The notes: generated by a model not told the origin, from the letters alone. Shown: positions 48,735-58,718, counted from the first letter of the stretch. The stretch: 64,000 nt of DNA from an uncultured Chloroflexia bacterium (GCA_963814125.1 CAWFBR010000007.1:18506-82505); one strand, 5' to 3'. Translations and numbers: made by a program.

Positions 48735-50083
48735 CCGCGATGCCGCCCAACGCCTCCAAGCCCAAAGGCATCGGACCCGGGTGCCTGATTGGAACCATCT
48801 CCGGCGCCGGCCTCTTCATCGTCCTCATTTCGTTGTTGGTATTCACGGTCTCGCTACCGCGAAATATCGACTTCAATGCCACCCCGGCTTGGGCAGCTAA
48901 CGGGGAAGACCAGAGCAGCTACGCCACCCAGGACCTCTATGTGGCCCTGAACGCGTCGCTGTCGCACGGCGATCGTGACGCGTTCATGGAGCACGTGGGT
49001 GGGGATGCCATCGAGACCATGACCCTCTTCTTCGACAACATGGATGCGCTCGGCTGGTCCAAGGGCGCAATCAGCACCAACGATTTCGATAGTCTTCTGA
49101 GCACGCCAGAAACCACCATCACGGTGAAGTCGATCCTCGGCGTCGATGCGGGATTTACCGCATCCGCCCCGCGAGGTAGCGGCGGCAGAGATGCGGGCCT
49201 CATTTTCATTCAAGGCTACGTCTACGACGTTCAGATCGGCATGGAGGGTGGCCACGCCGTCATCACCGGCATCGCTGCAAGCAACACCACGCTGCCGTGG
49301 CTTGAACAAGAACTCTACGTGACCAAAACAGCCCATGTCGTCGCTGCCGGCTACCCGGCGGAGAAGGCAATCGTCGATCAAGTAGCGGCCAAGGCCGAGC
49401 CCGCCGCTGTGTGGGTGCTGGACAAACTCAACACGGAGAAGAGCCCGCTGCCCCTGGCAGGCTTCACCACCTTCGTTACTGACGACCCCGCCGTCTTCGC
49501 CAGTTGGTTCACTACGGATGTAACGAAAGATTGGAAGATGGACATCGCGGGAACAGCTTTCCCGACTCGTCGACCGGATGCCAATGAGTTTGTTGACCCG
49601 CTCATCGCGACTGGCTCAGAGACGGCGGCGAGCGTCGTCACTATTGGGCCGGGTGCCATGAATCAGCTCCCCGCCACCCTCGCACACGAATACGTACACG
49701 TGTCACAAATCGTGCAGGTTTCGAGTGGATTCGGTTCGCCGCCGCTCAACACAATCGAAGGGTGGGCGGTGTACATGGACACGCTCTACGTCAACGGCAA
49801 CAAGTACCCCTCTCACCACGTCGAGCTTGCCGCGTCTCTGGCTTACGCCGACCCCACTGGTGCGGCGCCAACCGACGACCAGCTGCACTCAGCTGACGCC
49901 TACTACTACTACCAACTTGCTGGAAGCCGCTTTGCGTATGCGGCAGCCAAAGGTTACGACGTGGAGAAGCTCGCCAATTTCTCGAAGTTGGTTGGGGTCG
50001 ATCCGATCAAGGCATCGACCGATCTCAACAACGGAAACACGCTGTCCGATGCCGGTTGGCTGGCTTGGGCGAAGGCCAACTAG
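48731..50083 (+). CDS. Hypothetical single-pass membrane-anchored protein with HExxH (HEYVH) motif; putative zinc metallopeptidase-like domain
   Basis: GTGA overlap with the upstream gene. TM helix (LIGTISGAGLFIVLISLLVFTVSL) and LAHEYVHVSQ in the C-terminal half. Lower GC (about 57-60%). Confidence 0.6.
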   Translation: MTAMPPNASKPKGIGPGCLIGTISGAGLFIVLISLLVFTVSLPRNIDFNATPAWAANGEDQSSYATQDLYVALNASLSHGDRDAFMEHVGGDAIETMTLFFDNMDALGWSKGAISTNDFDSLLSTPETTITVKSILGVDAGFTASAPRGSGGRDAGLIFIQGYVYDVQIGMEGGHAVITGIAASNTTLPWLEQELYVTKTAHVVAAGYPAEKAIVDQVAAKAEPAAVWVLDKLNTEKSPLPLAGFTTFVTDDPAVFASWFTTDVTKDWKMDIAGTAFPTRRPDANEFVDPLIATGSETAASVVTIGPGAMNQLPATLAHEYVHVSQIVQVSSGFGSPPLNTIEGWAVYMDTLYVNGNKYPSHHVELAASLAYADPTGAAPTDDQLHSADAYYYYQLAGSRFAYAAAKGYDVEKLANFSKLVGVDPIKASTDLNNGNTLSDAGWLAWAKAN

Positions 50084-50163
50084 TCGATTAGCGCGAGCCC
50101 CTGGCGCGGTTGGCGCCCTGCATTGCTCCCGGTGGACGCAGCTGAAGCAGAACGCTGACTCGG

Positions 50164-50478
50164 TCATGGGGTGAAGAGTTCCGCCGGCGAGAGCGGCGTA
50201 TCCGCGCCCAGGGCTCCCGTGATCAGGACGTCGCCGCCCGGCAGGAGCGTCGCGGTCTGCCCCCAGTGAGGGTTCAACGTCGACCCTGTCTGGCTGAACG
50301 AGCCGGTCAGCGGGTCATACAGCTCCGCCGAAGTCAGATAGCCCTGGCCTCCACCTCCGACGATCAGGACCTCGCCGTTCGCAAGCAAGGTCCCGGTGTG
50401 CCGGGTGCGAGGCCTTGTCTGGAAGGACTGGGAGTCGCACAGCCCTCGCCTTGACGTCAGCCTGCCATACTGGTACAT
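50164..50478 (-). pseudogene. Kelch-repeat protein fragment (gene remnant)
   Basis: 104 aa ORF with two Kelch-like blades (LANGEVLIVGGGGQGYLTSAELYDPLTGSF; LLPGGDVLITGA). Far too short for a propeller and lacks N- and C-terminal context. Confidence 0.4.
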
Positions 50479-50496
50479 TACTCAAGTAATGAACCA
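50471..50496. promoter_or_regulatory. 26-bp near-perfect palindrome TGGTACATTACTCA|AGTAATGAACCA, about 35 bp upstream of the GntR gene; putative YtrA-type operator
   Basis: 11/12 matching arms, read directly. Confidence 0.5.
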
Positions 50497-50531
50497 GCCA
50501 ACACGCCACGACAGAGCTCAGGGAGCCGACC

Positions 50532-50909
50532 GTGCTCGATGACGGAGCGCCGATCTTCTCCCAGGTCGCCGAGCGCCTGGCCGACGACATCGCCGAGGGA
50601 GCTCTCGCCGAGGGCGCGCGAGTGCCCTCGACCAACGAACTCGCGGCCTTCTATGGGATCAACCCCGCCACCGCGGCGAAGGGCATCAACGTGTTGATCG
50701 ACGACGGGCTGCTCGAGAAGCACCGTGGCGTCGGGATGTTCGTCGCCTCGGGCGCCCGCGAGCGCCTGCTCGACGCCCGCCGCCAACGCTTCGCCGAACG
50801 CTACGTCGAGCCGCTGGTCGCGGAGGCGAGCCGGCTCGGGATCGACGCCGACGCCCTGGTGGCGCTGATCGGAAAGTCGGGCCAGACCCGGGAAGGCAGC
50901 AAGCTATGA
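50532..50909 (+). CDS. GntR family transcriptional regulator (YtrA subfamily)
   Basis: PSTNELAAFYGINPATAAKGINVLIDDGLLEKHRGVGMFV. Confidence 0.8.
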   Translation: MLDDGAPIFSQVAERLADDIAEGALAEGARVPSTNELAAFYGINPATAAKGINVLIDDGLLEKHRGVGMFVASGARERLLDARRQRFAERYVEPLVAEASRLGIDADALVALIGKSGQTREGSKL

Positions 50910-51814
50910 CGCCGACTATTTCGCTCTCCGGTCTGACCCGCCGTTACCGCGACGCGCTCGCCCTCGACGACGTCAGCCTCGACATCGAAGGCGCGGCCAT
51001 CACGGGCCTACTGGGTCGCAACGGCGCCGGCAAGACGACGCTCATGCGCATCGTCGCGGCGCAGGAATTCGCGACCGCGGGCCGCGTCCAAGTTTTCGGC
51101 GCCAGCCCGGCAGAGAACGACGCGATCCTGCGTCGACTGGTGCTGGTCCGAGAAGACCAAGTCTTTCCCGATATCAAGGTCGGCCAGGCCCTTCGGCTGG
51201 CGTCCTGGTTCTACCCAAACTGGAGCGGCGACCTTGCCGGGACGCTCGTCGAGGAATCCGAGCTCCCGACCAGCCGATACGTCGGGGCGCTGTCACGGGG
51301 GATGCGGACCACGCTCGGCAACGCGATCGGGCTGGCGGCACGGGCCGAGGTGACGCTTTTCGACGAGCCCTACGCGGGGCTGGACGCGGCGGCGCGGCAG
51401 TTCTTCAACGACCGGTTGCTCGCCGACTACACCGAGCATCCCCGGACGGTGGTTCTCTCGACGCATCTGATCGACGAGGTCGCGGACCTGCTCGAGCGAG
51501 TGGTGCTGATTGAGCGGGGGCGGATCGTGCTCGACGCGGGCGCCGACGAGATCCGAGGCAGCGCGACGAGGGTGAGCGGCTCCACGGCGGCCGTCGAGCG
51601 GTTCGTCGCCGGCCGCTCGACCTGGGGCCGGCGCACCATCGTTTCGCAGACCTCCGTGGTATTGGCCGCGGAACTCGACGAGGCCGAGAGGGCCCGCGCC
51701 CGGGCGCTGCGGCTCAGTCTGGAGCCTGTTTCCCTGCAGCAGGTGATCGTCCACGCTGCGGGCGGGGTCGTGGCCGCGTCCGCAAATGCGTCGTCGGAAA
51801 GGACCCTCGCATGA
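50906..51814 (+). CDS. ABC transporter ATP-binding protein
   Basis: Walker A GRNGAGKTT and Walker B TLFDEPYAGLD. ATGA overlap with the GntR gene. Confidence 0.85.
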   Translation: MTPTISLSGLTRRYRDALALDDVSLDIEGAAITGLLGRNGAGKTTLMRIVAAQEFATAGRVQVFGASPAENDAILRRLVLVREDQVFPDIKVGQALRLASWFYPNWSGDLAGTLVEESELPTSRYVGALSRGMRTTLGNAIGLAARAEVTLFDEPYAGLDAAARQFFNDRLLADYTEHPRTVVLSTHLIDEVADLLERVVLIERGRIVLDAGADEIRGSATRVSGSTAAVERFVAGRSTWGRRTIVSQTSVVLAAELDEAERARARALRLSLEPVSLQQVIVHAAGGVVAASANASSERTLA

Positions 51815-52494
51815 GCACCTGGATCAACGTTGCGCGCTATCAGATCGTTCAGCGCTTCAACAGCGTCACGCTCCCCTGGGCCGCCCTGGCGCTCCTGTTC
51901 GCGGCGCAATGGGCCATCATCGCCGTGCTCGGCACGCGCGACGTCCAGCTTACGGGCCTGGTGGCGATCTACGCCGTCTTCTTCATCGTCGGTGTGAGTA
52001 ACGTCGCACGGTCGCTGCCGTTCGGGCTCGCGCTGGGCTTGAGCCGGCGCTCCTACTACCTTGGGACTGTCCTGTTCGCGCTCGCCTTGAGTGCACTCGA
52101 CGGGTGGCTGCTCGCCGGGTTGCAGGAAATCGAACGGGCGACCGGCGGCTGGGGCCTCGGAATGTTCTTCTTCCGGGTGCACTACATCCTCGACGGCCCG
52201 TGGTACCTCACCTGGCTGACGTCGTTCGTGGCTCTGACGCTCGTGTTCGTCTACGGCATGTGGTGGGGGCTCGTCTACCTCCGCTGGCGGCGGATGGGCG
52301 TACGGGTCTTCGTCGTAGCCCAGATCCTCGCGCTGCTCGCGGTTGGACTCACGGCGGATCGCTTCGCTGCATGGCCCAACATCGGCCGGTTCTTCACCGA
52401 CCTCACCGCTCTGGGGCTGACCGGCGCTCTCGCCGCGACCGCGGCCGCGCTCCTCGTGGGCGGATACGCCGCCATTCGGCGGGTGGCCGTCTGA
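51811..52494 (+). CDS. ABC-2-type membrane permease component (YtrC/D-like)
   Basis: 227 aa with about 6 TM helices. Overlaps the ATPase stop. Confidence 0.65.
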   Translation: MSTWINVARYQIVQRFNSVTLPWAALALLFAAQWAIIAVLGTRDVQLTGLVAIYAVFFIVGVSNVARSLPFGLALGLSRRSYYLGTVLFALALSALDGWLLAGLQEIERATGGWGLGMFFFRVHYILDGPWYLTWLTSFVALTLVFVYGMWWGLVYLRWRRMGVRVFVVAQILALLAVGLTADRFAAWPNIGRFFTDLTALGLTGALAATAAALLVGGYAAIRRVAV

Positions 52495-52496
52495 CC

Positions 52497-54001
52497 GTGA
52501 CTCCCTCAACCGCCGCCTCCATCAGACAGCGTTTCTCCTGGGCAGCCGTCCCCTGGCCCGTGTTCTTGATCGCGGGCTTGATGTTCGTCGGGCTGATGGC
52601 CCTGTCGGGCGCCTACGGCTTCCACGGCGATGAGATGTACTTCGTCGTCGCGGGCCAGCACCCTGCGTTCGGCTACGTCGACCAACCCCCGTTGACGCCG
52701 CTCCTCTCGGCCGCCTCCGTGGCCCTGTTTGGGGTATCGCCGACGGCCGTGCGGATCCTGCCCGCACTCGAGATGGGGCTAATCGTGATCCTCATCGCGT
52801 TGATGGCCCGGGACCTTGGCGGCTCGCGCCGAGCGCAAATCCTGGCGGCGATGACGGCGGCGATCTCCGGCTATCTCGGTGCCGGCCATCTCGACACCAC
52901 GACCGAGCCCGACCTGCTCGCCTGGGCGGTAATCCTGTGGCTCGTGGTGAAGCTGCTCGCGGGCGGCGATCGGCGCCTCTGGCTGGCCGTTGGCGTCACC
53001 GCGGGGATCGGCCTGGAGAACAAGGACACACTCCTGTTCCTCGGCGCCGGGTTGGCGGTCGGGCTTGTCCTGGCGCGGCGGTGGGATGTCGTTCGCTCGC
53101 CGTGGGCATGGGCCGCCATCGGGATTGCGCTGGTGATGTGGGTGCCGAACCTCGTCTGGCAGGCGGCCAACGGCTGGCCGCAGCTCACGATGGCACGGGC
53201 CATCTCCCAGTACGCCGGCGACAATCGCGGTCAGATCGTGCCGTTGCTGTGGCTGTTCACCGGCCCATTCCTGTTTCCGGTGACCGCGGCGGGTCTGATC
53301 TGGGTGCTGAGATCCAAGGCGGCGGCACCGTGGCGTGCGATCGGGATCGCCGCCCTGGTCGGCCTTCTCCTAGTCGTCGTCAGCGGCGGCAAGGCCTACT
53401 ACGCGATCGGTAGCGTGCCGGTCTTCATGGCGGCCGGGGCTATCCTGCTCGACCGCTGGTTGGCTCGCGGCCACACGCGCGTGAGGGAGCCACCTTCACC
53501 ACTGCCGCAGTCCTCTCGGGCGCCCTCATCGCCCTCCTGACCCTGCCGATCCTGCCACTGGCCACGTACGCCAAGTCGAGCCTGCCCGCCACCGTCCAAG
53601 ATGTGGCGAACACCGTCGGCTGGCCGCAGTACGTCGCCACGGTGGAAGGAGTTGTCGCGGCGCTGCCTGCGGACGAGCGAGCGCATGCGGTGATCCTGAC
53701 CAACGACTACAGCGAGGCGAGCCCGCTGATCTTGCTCGGTACGGGATTGCCGCCTATCTACTCCGGCCACAACTCTTTCTGGACGTGGGGACCGCCCCCG
53801 GCGGACCTGACGGTCGTCGTGCACGTGGGCGACTGGAGACCCGCCGACCCGAACCAGCTGTTCGTCGGCTGCCACGTGGTCGCACACATCGACAACGGGC
53901 TCGGTATCCCCAACGCCGAACAGGGCGGCGAGGTCTCCGTGTGCACCGGCCTGCGCGCGCCGTGGACCACGCTCTGGCCGGAACTTCGGACGATCAGCTA
54001 G
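52497..54001 (+). pseudogene. Glycosyltransferase family 39 (PMT_2/ArnT-like) membrane protein, apparent frameshift near 53465-53480
   Basis: GTG start. N-terminal GT39 region (YGFHGDEMYFVVAG...DQPPLTPLL). The C-terminal part (VILTNDYSEASPL...YSGHNSFWTWGPP) continues in another frame (53603-54001 track ORF). Confidence 0.65.
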
Positions 54002-54080
54002 CTCCGGGACAACGCATCGTGACGAAGTTACTCACGATGACTTTGCGCACGCTCTTCTCCTCGTTCGACCTGGCCGCGCG

Positions 54081-54764
54081 CTACGACAGGTCCCGGTCTT
54101 CCATCTCCCAGGCGTGGTCGAGCATGTGTGCGGCGGAATGCCGGATCAGGTACCTGATCGGCCACTTCGCCACCGGCCCTGCCGTGACGCCACGCGCGTT
54201 GTAGTCCCGAATCGCCGCACAGAACGCCTCGCGATATGCGTGGACCTCCTCCGGACTCGCCCACGTGTCGAGCGTTGTGTTCACGCCTACCTTTGGGGCG
54301 AAGAGTTCGATCTCGGTCAACCTGGCGTGTCGGACGATCGCGTCGCGTTCGCGCCCGCCTCCACGCGGGCCCTTCCGTAGCTCGGCCGAGACTCGGCCGG
54401 CGACTTCGTCGAAGCACGCCCACGAAGCCTTCAGCAAGGCGAGCTCGCGTTCGCAATCGTCCTCGACCATCGTCGCCTTCTCGAGCTCGATCCACGCGCC
54501 CGACATCCCGTAGAAGTCGGTCAAGCCGGCGCCGGGAATGCGGTCGACGACACTGAACTCGCCGGTCGCCGCGAATTCGTTGTCAAGACCCGCGATGCCG
54601 GCGACGCGCGAATACCGCGGTCGGTAGGCGCCGAGAACGCCCAGGGCGTCCTCCTCGGACCGTCCGCTCCGGACCCAGCCGGGCCAGTCGATTGCAACGG
54701 CCACGGTCCGCTTCTTCTTGCCGCGCTCGACCATAACTCGAATTGGGTCGCTCACGGGCGCCAC
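54081..54764 (-). CDS. Hypothetical protein (possibly DinB_2-like)
   Basis: 227 aa ORF with GC-rich third codon positions. Confidence 0.45.
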   Translation of the reverse strand: MAPVSDPIRVMVERGKKKRTVAVAIDWPGWVRSGRSEEDALGVLGAYRPRYSRVAGIAGLDNEFAATGEFSVVDRIPGAGLTDFYGMSGAWIELEKATMVEDDCERELALLKASWACFDEVAGRVSAELRKGPRGGGRERDAIVRHARLTEIELFAPKVGVNTTLDTWASPEEVHAYREAFCAAIRDYNARGVTAGPVAKWPIRYLIRHSAAHMLDHAWEMEDRDLS

Positions 54765-55116
54765 TCTATGCGGCGTGCTGGCCCACGTCCAGCGTGGTGG
54801 CGATGGAGGTATCTGGCGAGCGATAGCTCTCGCCCGTCAAAACGATCACCTGGGCGCGGTGGACGAGGCGATCGAGATGATCAGCAGCCGCACCTTCGAT
54901 GGTCGTATCCAGGCGCTCGAATACGTTCCGACGATTCTGGCGGGGCCGCCCGGCACCCCGCAGGCTAGGACGTAAAGAAGCTCAGGCTTCGGGCGGCTGA
55001 GGGCCTTCTCACGCGGGGCTGTCCCGCTCGGCGCAGCGATTCCCGACGCCTCTGTTCGGCACGCACGACCCGGCCCATACTCGCGGACCTGGCAACCGAC
55101 ACATGGGGAGAGCGTC

Positions 55117-55740
55117 ATGGCTCGCGATGAAGAGCGTTTACATCGTTCCCAGGAACTACCGATCGTCGGGGGCCTTCCCGACGCACCCGGCATTGTCGCG
55201 GCGATCCGCCTGACGCCGGGCGTCGGACACCACATAAGGGGCCTCGCCGACGAGCTGCTCGTCAAGGACTACCCCGGCGCCACGCTGCGCCGCTATGAGC
55301 GGGAGATGCTTGCGACGGCCGTCTCCGCAGCAAACGACTGCTTCTATTGCATGGACACACACGGAGCGTACGCCACGGCCTTGCTCGAGCGCCAGGACGC
55401 CGTCGAGCTGATGCCGATCATCGATCAGCTCAAGCTGGGGTCTTCAGACGGTCTCGGCGAGAAGATGCGATCGCTCCTGCATATCGCCCGCACCGTCCGG
55501 GCCGACGCTCGAGCCCTAACCGCGGCCGACGTTCAGGTTGCCCTCGATTGTGGCGCCACCGACGGCGACGTGCAGCTCGCGGTCCTCATCGCGGCCGCAT
55601 TCTCGATGTTCAACCGCATGGTCGACGGGCTCCGAGCACAAACCCCACCAAACCCCGCGGCATACCGCGCTCGCGCAGCCGAGATCGCCGAGCATGGGTA
55701 CGACGACCCGCGCGTTGTATCGCTGCCCGGTCGCTCCTGA
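55117..55740 (+). CDS. Carboxymuconolactone decarboxylase / AhpD-like family protein
   Basis: CFYCMDTH core motif of the CMD/AhpD fold. Confidence 0.8.
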   Translation: MARDEERLHRSQELPIVGGLPDAPGIVAAIRLTPGVGHHIRGLADELLVKDYPGATLRRYEREMLATAVSAANDCFYCMDTHGAYATALLERQDAVELMPIIDQLKLGSSDGLGEKMRSLLHIARTVRADARALTAADVQVALDCGATDGDVQLAVLIAAAFSMFNRMVDGLRAQTPPNPAAYRARAAEIAEHGYDDPRVVSLPGRS

Positions 55741-55805
55741 CAAGCTCTCGAAGACCTGGGGTCGCTCTGGTCGGCGCCGCCGCCACAGGTGAGGGACGCC
55801 AGGAC

Positions 55806-56120
55806 CTACGCCAGACGTATGAGGGCGTCGGGCAGACGCGATTGCAGCCGTGTCATCGTGCCGAACGGGATGAGCGACAGCCAGAAGAGCAGGTGCAGGT
55901 TGGCCCACAGCGTCCGACCATCGACGCGTTCGACGACGGACAGCAGGTGGTGGTGGTTGTTCCAGTAGATGCCCAGCCACACGAAGCTCAGCACGTAGCT
56001 CACGAATACAGGCGCCAGCGGCCGCAGCGACTCGAGCGTGGCGTCGGGGGGCGGCGTCAGGCCCAGGACCATGATCGTGATCAGGATCGCGACGACCCCG
56101 TCGCTGAACGAAGCCATCCG
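55806..56120 (-). CDS. DUF1211/TMEM175-like membrane protein (short)
   Basis: MASFSDGVVAILITIMVL signature. Only about 105 aa, so it may be truncated. Confidence 0.55.
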   Translation of the reverse strand, partial: RMASFSDGVVAILITIMVLGLTPPPDATLESLRPLAPVFVSYVLSFVWLGIYWNNHHHLLSVVERVDGRTLWANLHLLFWLSLIPFGTMTRLQSRLPDALIRLA

Positions 56121-56363
56121 GGTCTTGTCCACTGGCGTCTCTCCGGTGCGGACGGTGCCGGCTCTCACGACGGCTCCCGACCGCGAGGCTGGCGCGATCG
56201 CAGTCGCGCGTCAAGCGCGTGCCGCGGCGGGCGCGGAGCGTGGTCGCCCGGGCGTCAGGCGGCACGACGTCACGCCACGCGCCGCGCCTAGCGGGGAGCC
56301 GATCGACCTTGTCTTGACTGACCTCGTAATGCCGGGCATCCGGCTGTCAGCCGCGGCTGGGAA

Positions 56364-57584
56364 TCAAGACTTCCTCACCGAGACCTGATTGACGCCACCG
56401 CTGATGTCGATCTCGTAGCGAGATTCGGCCGTTGGGTAGCCGTCGCTCTGGAGCCTGGTCTGGCTGCTGCTGGCGCCCAAATGATGCGCATCGAGGCTCA
56501 AGTCCGACACCCCGCCGGCGACGTTCACGCGGACGGCCACCGACGCCGGTCGCCAGAAGGTTGCGTCCCTCGCGCCACCGGCGATCCGCAGCGGGACAGA
56601 GCCGGCGGGCTCCGGCAGCTTCATGGTGACTTGATCCACTCCGCCTCGCACTTCGAGCCCGACGAAGGCCAGAGAGCTGAGATCGGCGTCCAGGTTGGAC
56701 AGGCCCTCCTGAACCTCGATGGACCAAGGGATCGAAGCGTTCAGCGCGATGCTCGCGCCGCGCGAACGCCAGTCCACCGGGAGGCGTTTGTAGCGCATCG
56801 TCACGACACCATCCCTTACGCCGATGTCGGGGGGTGGACCGTTGAACCTGGCGGATATGAGGTCGCCGATGGGCGCGGAGCCGGCCAGGGAAAGTCGCGA
56901 CGCGCTGGTCTCGACCACAACGCGCGCCACAGCGGATGGACCAAGCGGGGCTGCCCGCCAGGCGAAGCGCGGGGCCCCCGATGCGAAGACCAGCCGCCCG
57001 ATCGTTGCGTCGCCGAGCGGCGCCGTGAACGTGTCGCCGATCAGGCCGCCGCGGGAGGAGACCCGCAAACGTTCGGTCTCGGCGGCGAGGATCGCTGTCG
57101 TCCGGGCGACGTACTCGCGGATCGCAGCGCGCTCCAAATCGTTGAACTGAGCCACGAGATCGGCGGTGGCCCGCTCGAGAGAGGCAAAGACGCTGGCCGT
57201 CTCCTGGGTCCGACCGGGCAAGACAGAGACCGTTATCCGGCGCCGGTCGATCGGGTCGGCCGCGCGACGAACCATGCCAGCCTTCTCCAGGCGATCGAGG
57301 ACGCCGGTTACGGCACCGGTGGTGAGCCCGCTCAGCTCGGCCAGGCGCGTGGGGGTGATCGGGCTCTTGGCGCGAAGCAGCTCCAGGCACGTTAGGTCGG
57401 TCGCGTTTAGTCCCATGCGCTCGGCGGCTGCCTCATGCAATAGGACCCAGCGAACGGACAGACCACGCACCAGCTCGGCCCCCAGTGAGGCCTCAGAGGG
57501 GGCGGCCGCCCCGGTTTCAGTGGTGGCGCCCGCGCTCGGGGCTGAAGTCGGCCCCGTCTCAATTTCCGGTCGATCGCTTGACAT
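56364..57584 (-). CDS. MarR-family wHTH regulator fused to a roughly 260-aa C-terminal beta-rich domain of unknown function
   Basis: MarR core (LTCLELLRAKSPITPTRLAELSGLTTGAVTGVLDRLEKAGMVRRAADPIDRRR), then a long extension. Confidence 0.7.
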   Translation of the reverse strand: MSSDRPEIETGPTSAPSAGATTETGAAAPSEASLGAELVRGLSVRWVLLHEAAAERMGLNATDLTCLELLRAKSPITPTRLAELSGLTTGAVTGVLDRLEKAGMVRRAADPIDRRRITVSVLPGRTQETASVFASLERATADLVAQFNDLERAAIREYVARTTAILAAETERLRVSSRGGLIGDTFTAPLGDATIGRLVFASGAPRFAWRAAPLGPSAVARVVVETSASRLSLAGSAPIGDLISARFNGPPPDIGVRDGVVTMRYKRLPVDWRSRGASIALNASIPWSIEVQEGLSNLDADLSSLAFVGLEVRGGVDQVTMKLPEPAGSVPLRIAGGARDATFWRPASVAVRVNVAGGVSDLSLDAHHLGASSSQTRLQSDGYPTAESRYEIDISGGVNQVSVRKS

Positions 57585-57614
57585 CAGTTGGGCTGCTCGT
57601 TCATCCTGCCAATA

Positions 57615-57627
57615 TCTTAGCAGCTAA
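57615..57627. promoter_or_regulatory. Palindrome CTTAGC-A-GCTAAG in the MarR / ABC divergent intergenic region; candidate MarR operator
   Basis: Perfect 6-bp arms in an AT-richer stretch. Confidence 0.4.
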
Positions 57628-57701
57628 GCTACTTACATCGCAACGCACAACCAACCCCGACAGGCTCGCGACCCAGACCGGGGTGGTCAGAGGACACCCG
57701 A

Positions 57702-58718
57702 ATGATGACTCTTCCATCGCCGACACAGAGAACGACTACGACCAACGCGCCCGGGCTGGCAGCCATCGAGGCCGTCGATCTCGTCAAGACCTACCGCGGT
57801 GGCGTCCGCGCCCTCGACGGAGTCAGTCTGACCGTTCAACCGGGCACCATCTTTGGACTGCTCGGGCCTAACGGTGCTGGCAAATCGACGACGGTCAAGA
57901 TCCTAACCACGCTCGCTCGAGCGGATTCCGGGTCGGCCCGGGTCATGGGCGTCGACGTCATGCGCTCACCGGACCGCGTCCGCCGCAGCATCGGGGTCGT
58001 CGGCCAGCATGGCGCCGTCGATCCTGAGGCGACGGGCCGCGAGAACCTGACCCTTCAGGGCCGCATCTACGGCATGGGCGGACCTACGCTCACCCACCGC
58101 GTCGACGAGCTCCTTCAGACGTTCGGGTTGACGGCGGCCGCCAACCGCATCGCCAAGACCTGGTCCGGCGGCATGCAACGCAAGCTCGACGTGGCCACCG
58201 GACTCGTCCACCGCCCGGCGGTGCTGTTCCTCGATGAGCCCACGACGGGTCTCGACCCAGAGGCGCGCGCGGATCTGTGGACCGAGGTCCAGCGCCTGGC
58301 GGCAGCGGGGCTGACCATCCTGGCAACCACTCACTACCTCGAAGAAGCGGATCGGCTCGCGGACCAGGTCGCGATAATCGACCACGGCCGCATTGTAGCC
58401 AGCGGCACACCCGACGAGCTGAAGTCGGAACTCCGAGGCGACGCAATCGTCGTGGAGCTTCAAGAGTCGCCCCGCAGCGGCGCCGCGGCGGCGGTGCTGG
58501 CGGGAGTCGAGGGCCTGCGCGACCCTCTCGTCGATGGCCGAACGCTCCGAGTCCGTGCAGACGACGGTGCCGGCTCTGCCCCGGCAGTGCTCGCCGCGCT
58601 AGACGCGGCCGGGCTGGCGGTGGCTTCGGTCACCGTGGCTCGCCCATCGCTCGACGACGTCTACCTGCGACACACTGGCCGGGCCTATAGCCCGGCGAGC
58701 CAGGAGGCAATCCGATGA
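57702..58718 (+). CDS. ABC transporter ATP-binding protein (DrrA-like)
   Basis: Walker A GPNGAGKST, signature SGGMQRK and Walker B LFLDEPTTGLD. Confidence 0.9.
   Translation: MMTLPSPTQRTTTTNAPGLAAIEAVDLVKTYRGGVRALDGVSLTVQPGTIFGLLGPNGAGKSTTVKILTTLARADSGSARVMGVDVMRSPDRVRRSIGVVGQHGAVDPEATGRENLTLQGRIYGMGGPTLTHRVDELLQTFGLTAAANRIAKTWSGGMQRKLDVATGLVHRPAVLFLDEPTTGLDPEARADLWTEVQRLAAAGLTILATTHYLEEADRLADQVAIIDHGRIVASGTPDELKSELRGDAIVVELQESPRSGAAAAVLAGVEGLRDPLVDGRTLRVRADDGAGSAPAVLAALDAAGLAVASVTVARPSLDDVYLRHTGRAYSPASQEAIR

Noticed and set aside
51427-52509. 360-aa minus-strand ORF
   Set aside because: Antisense to the ABC ATPase and permease genes of the YtrA-type cassette.
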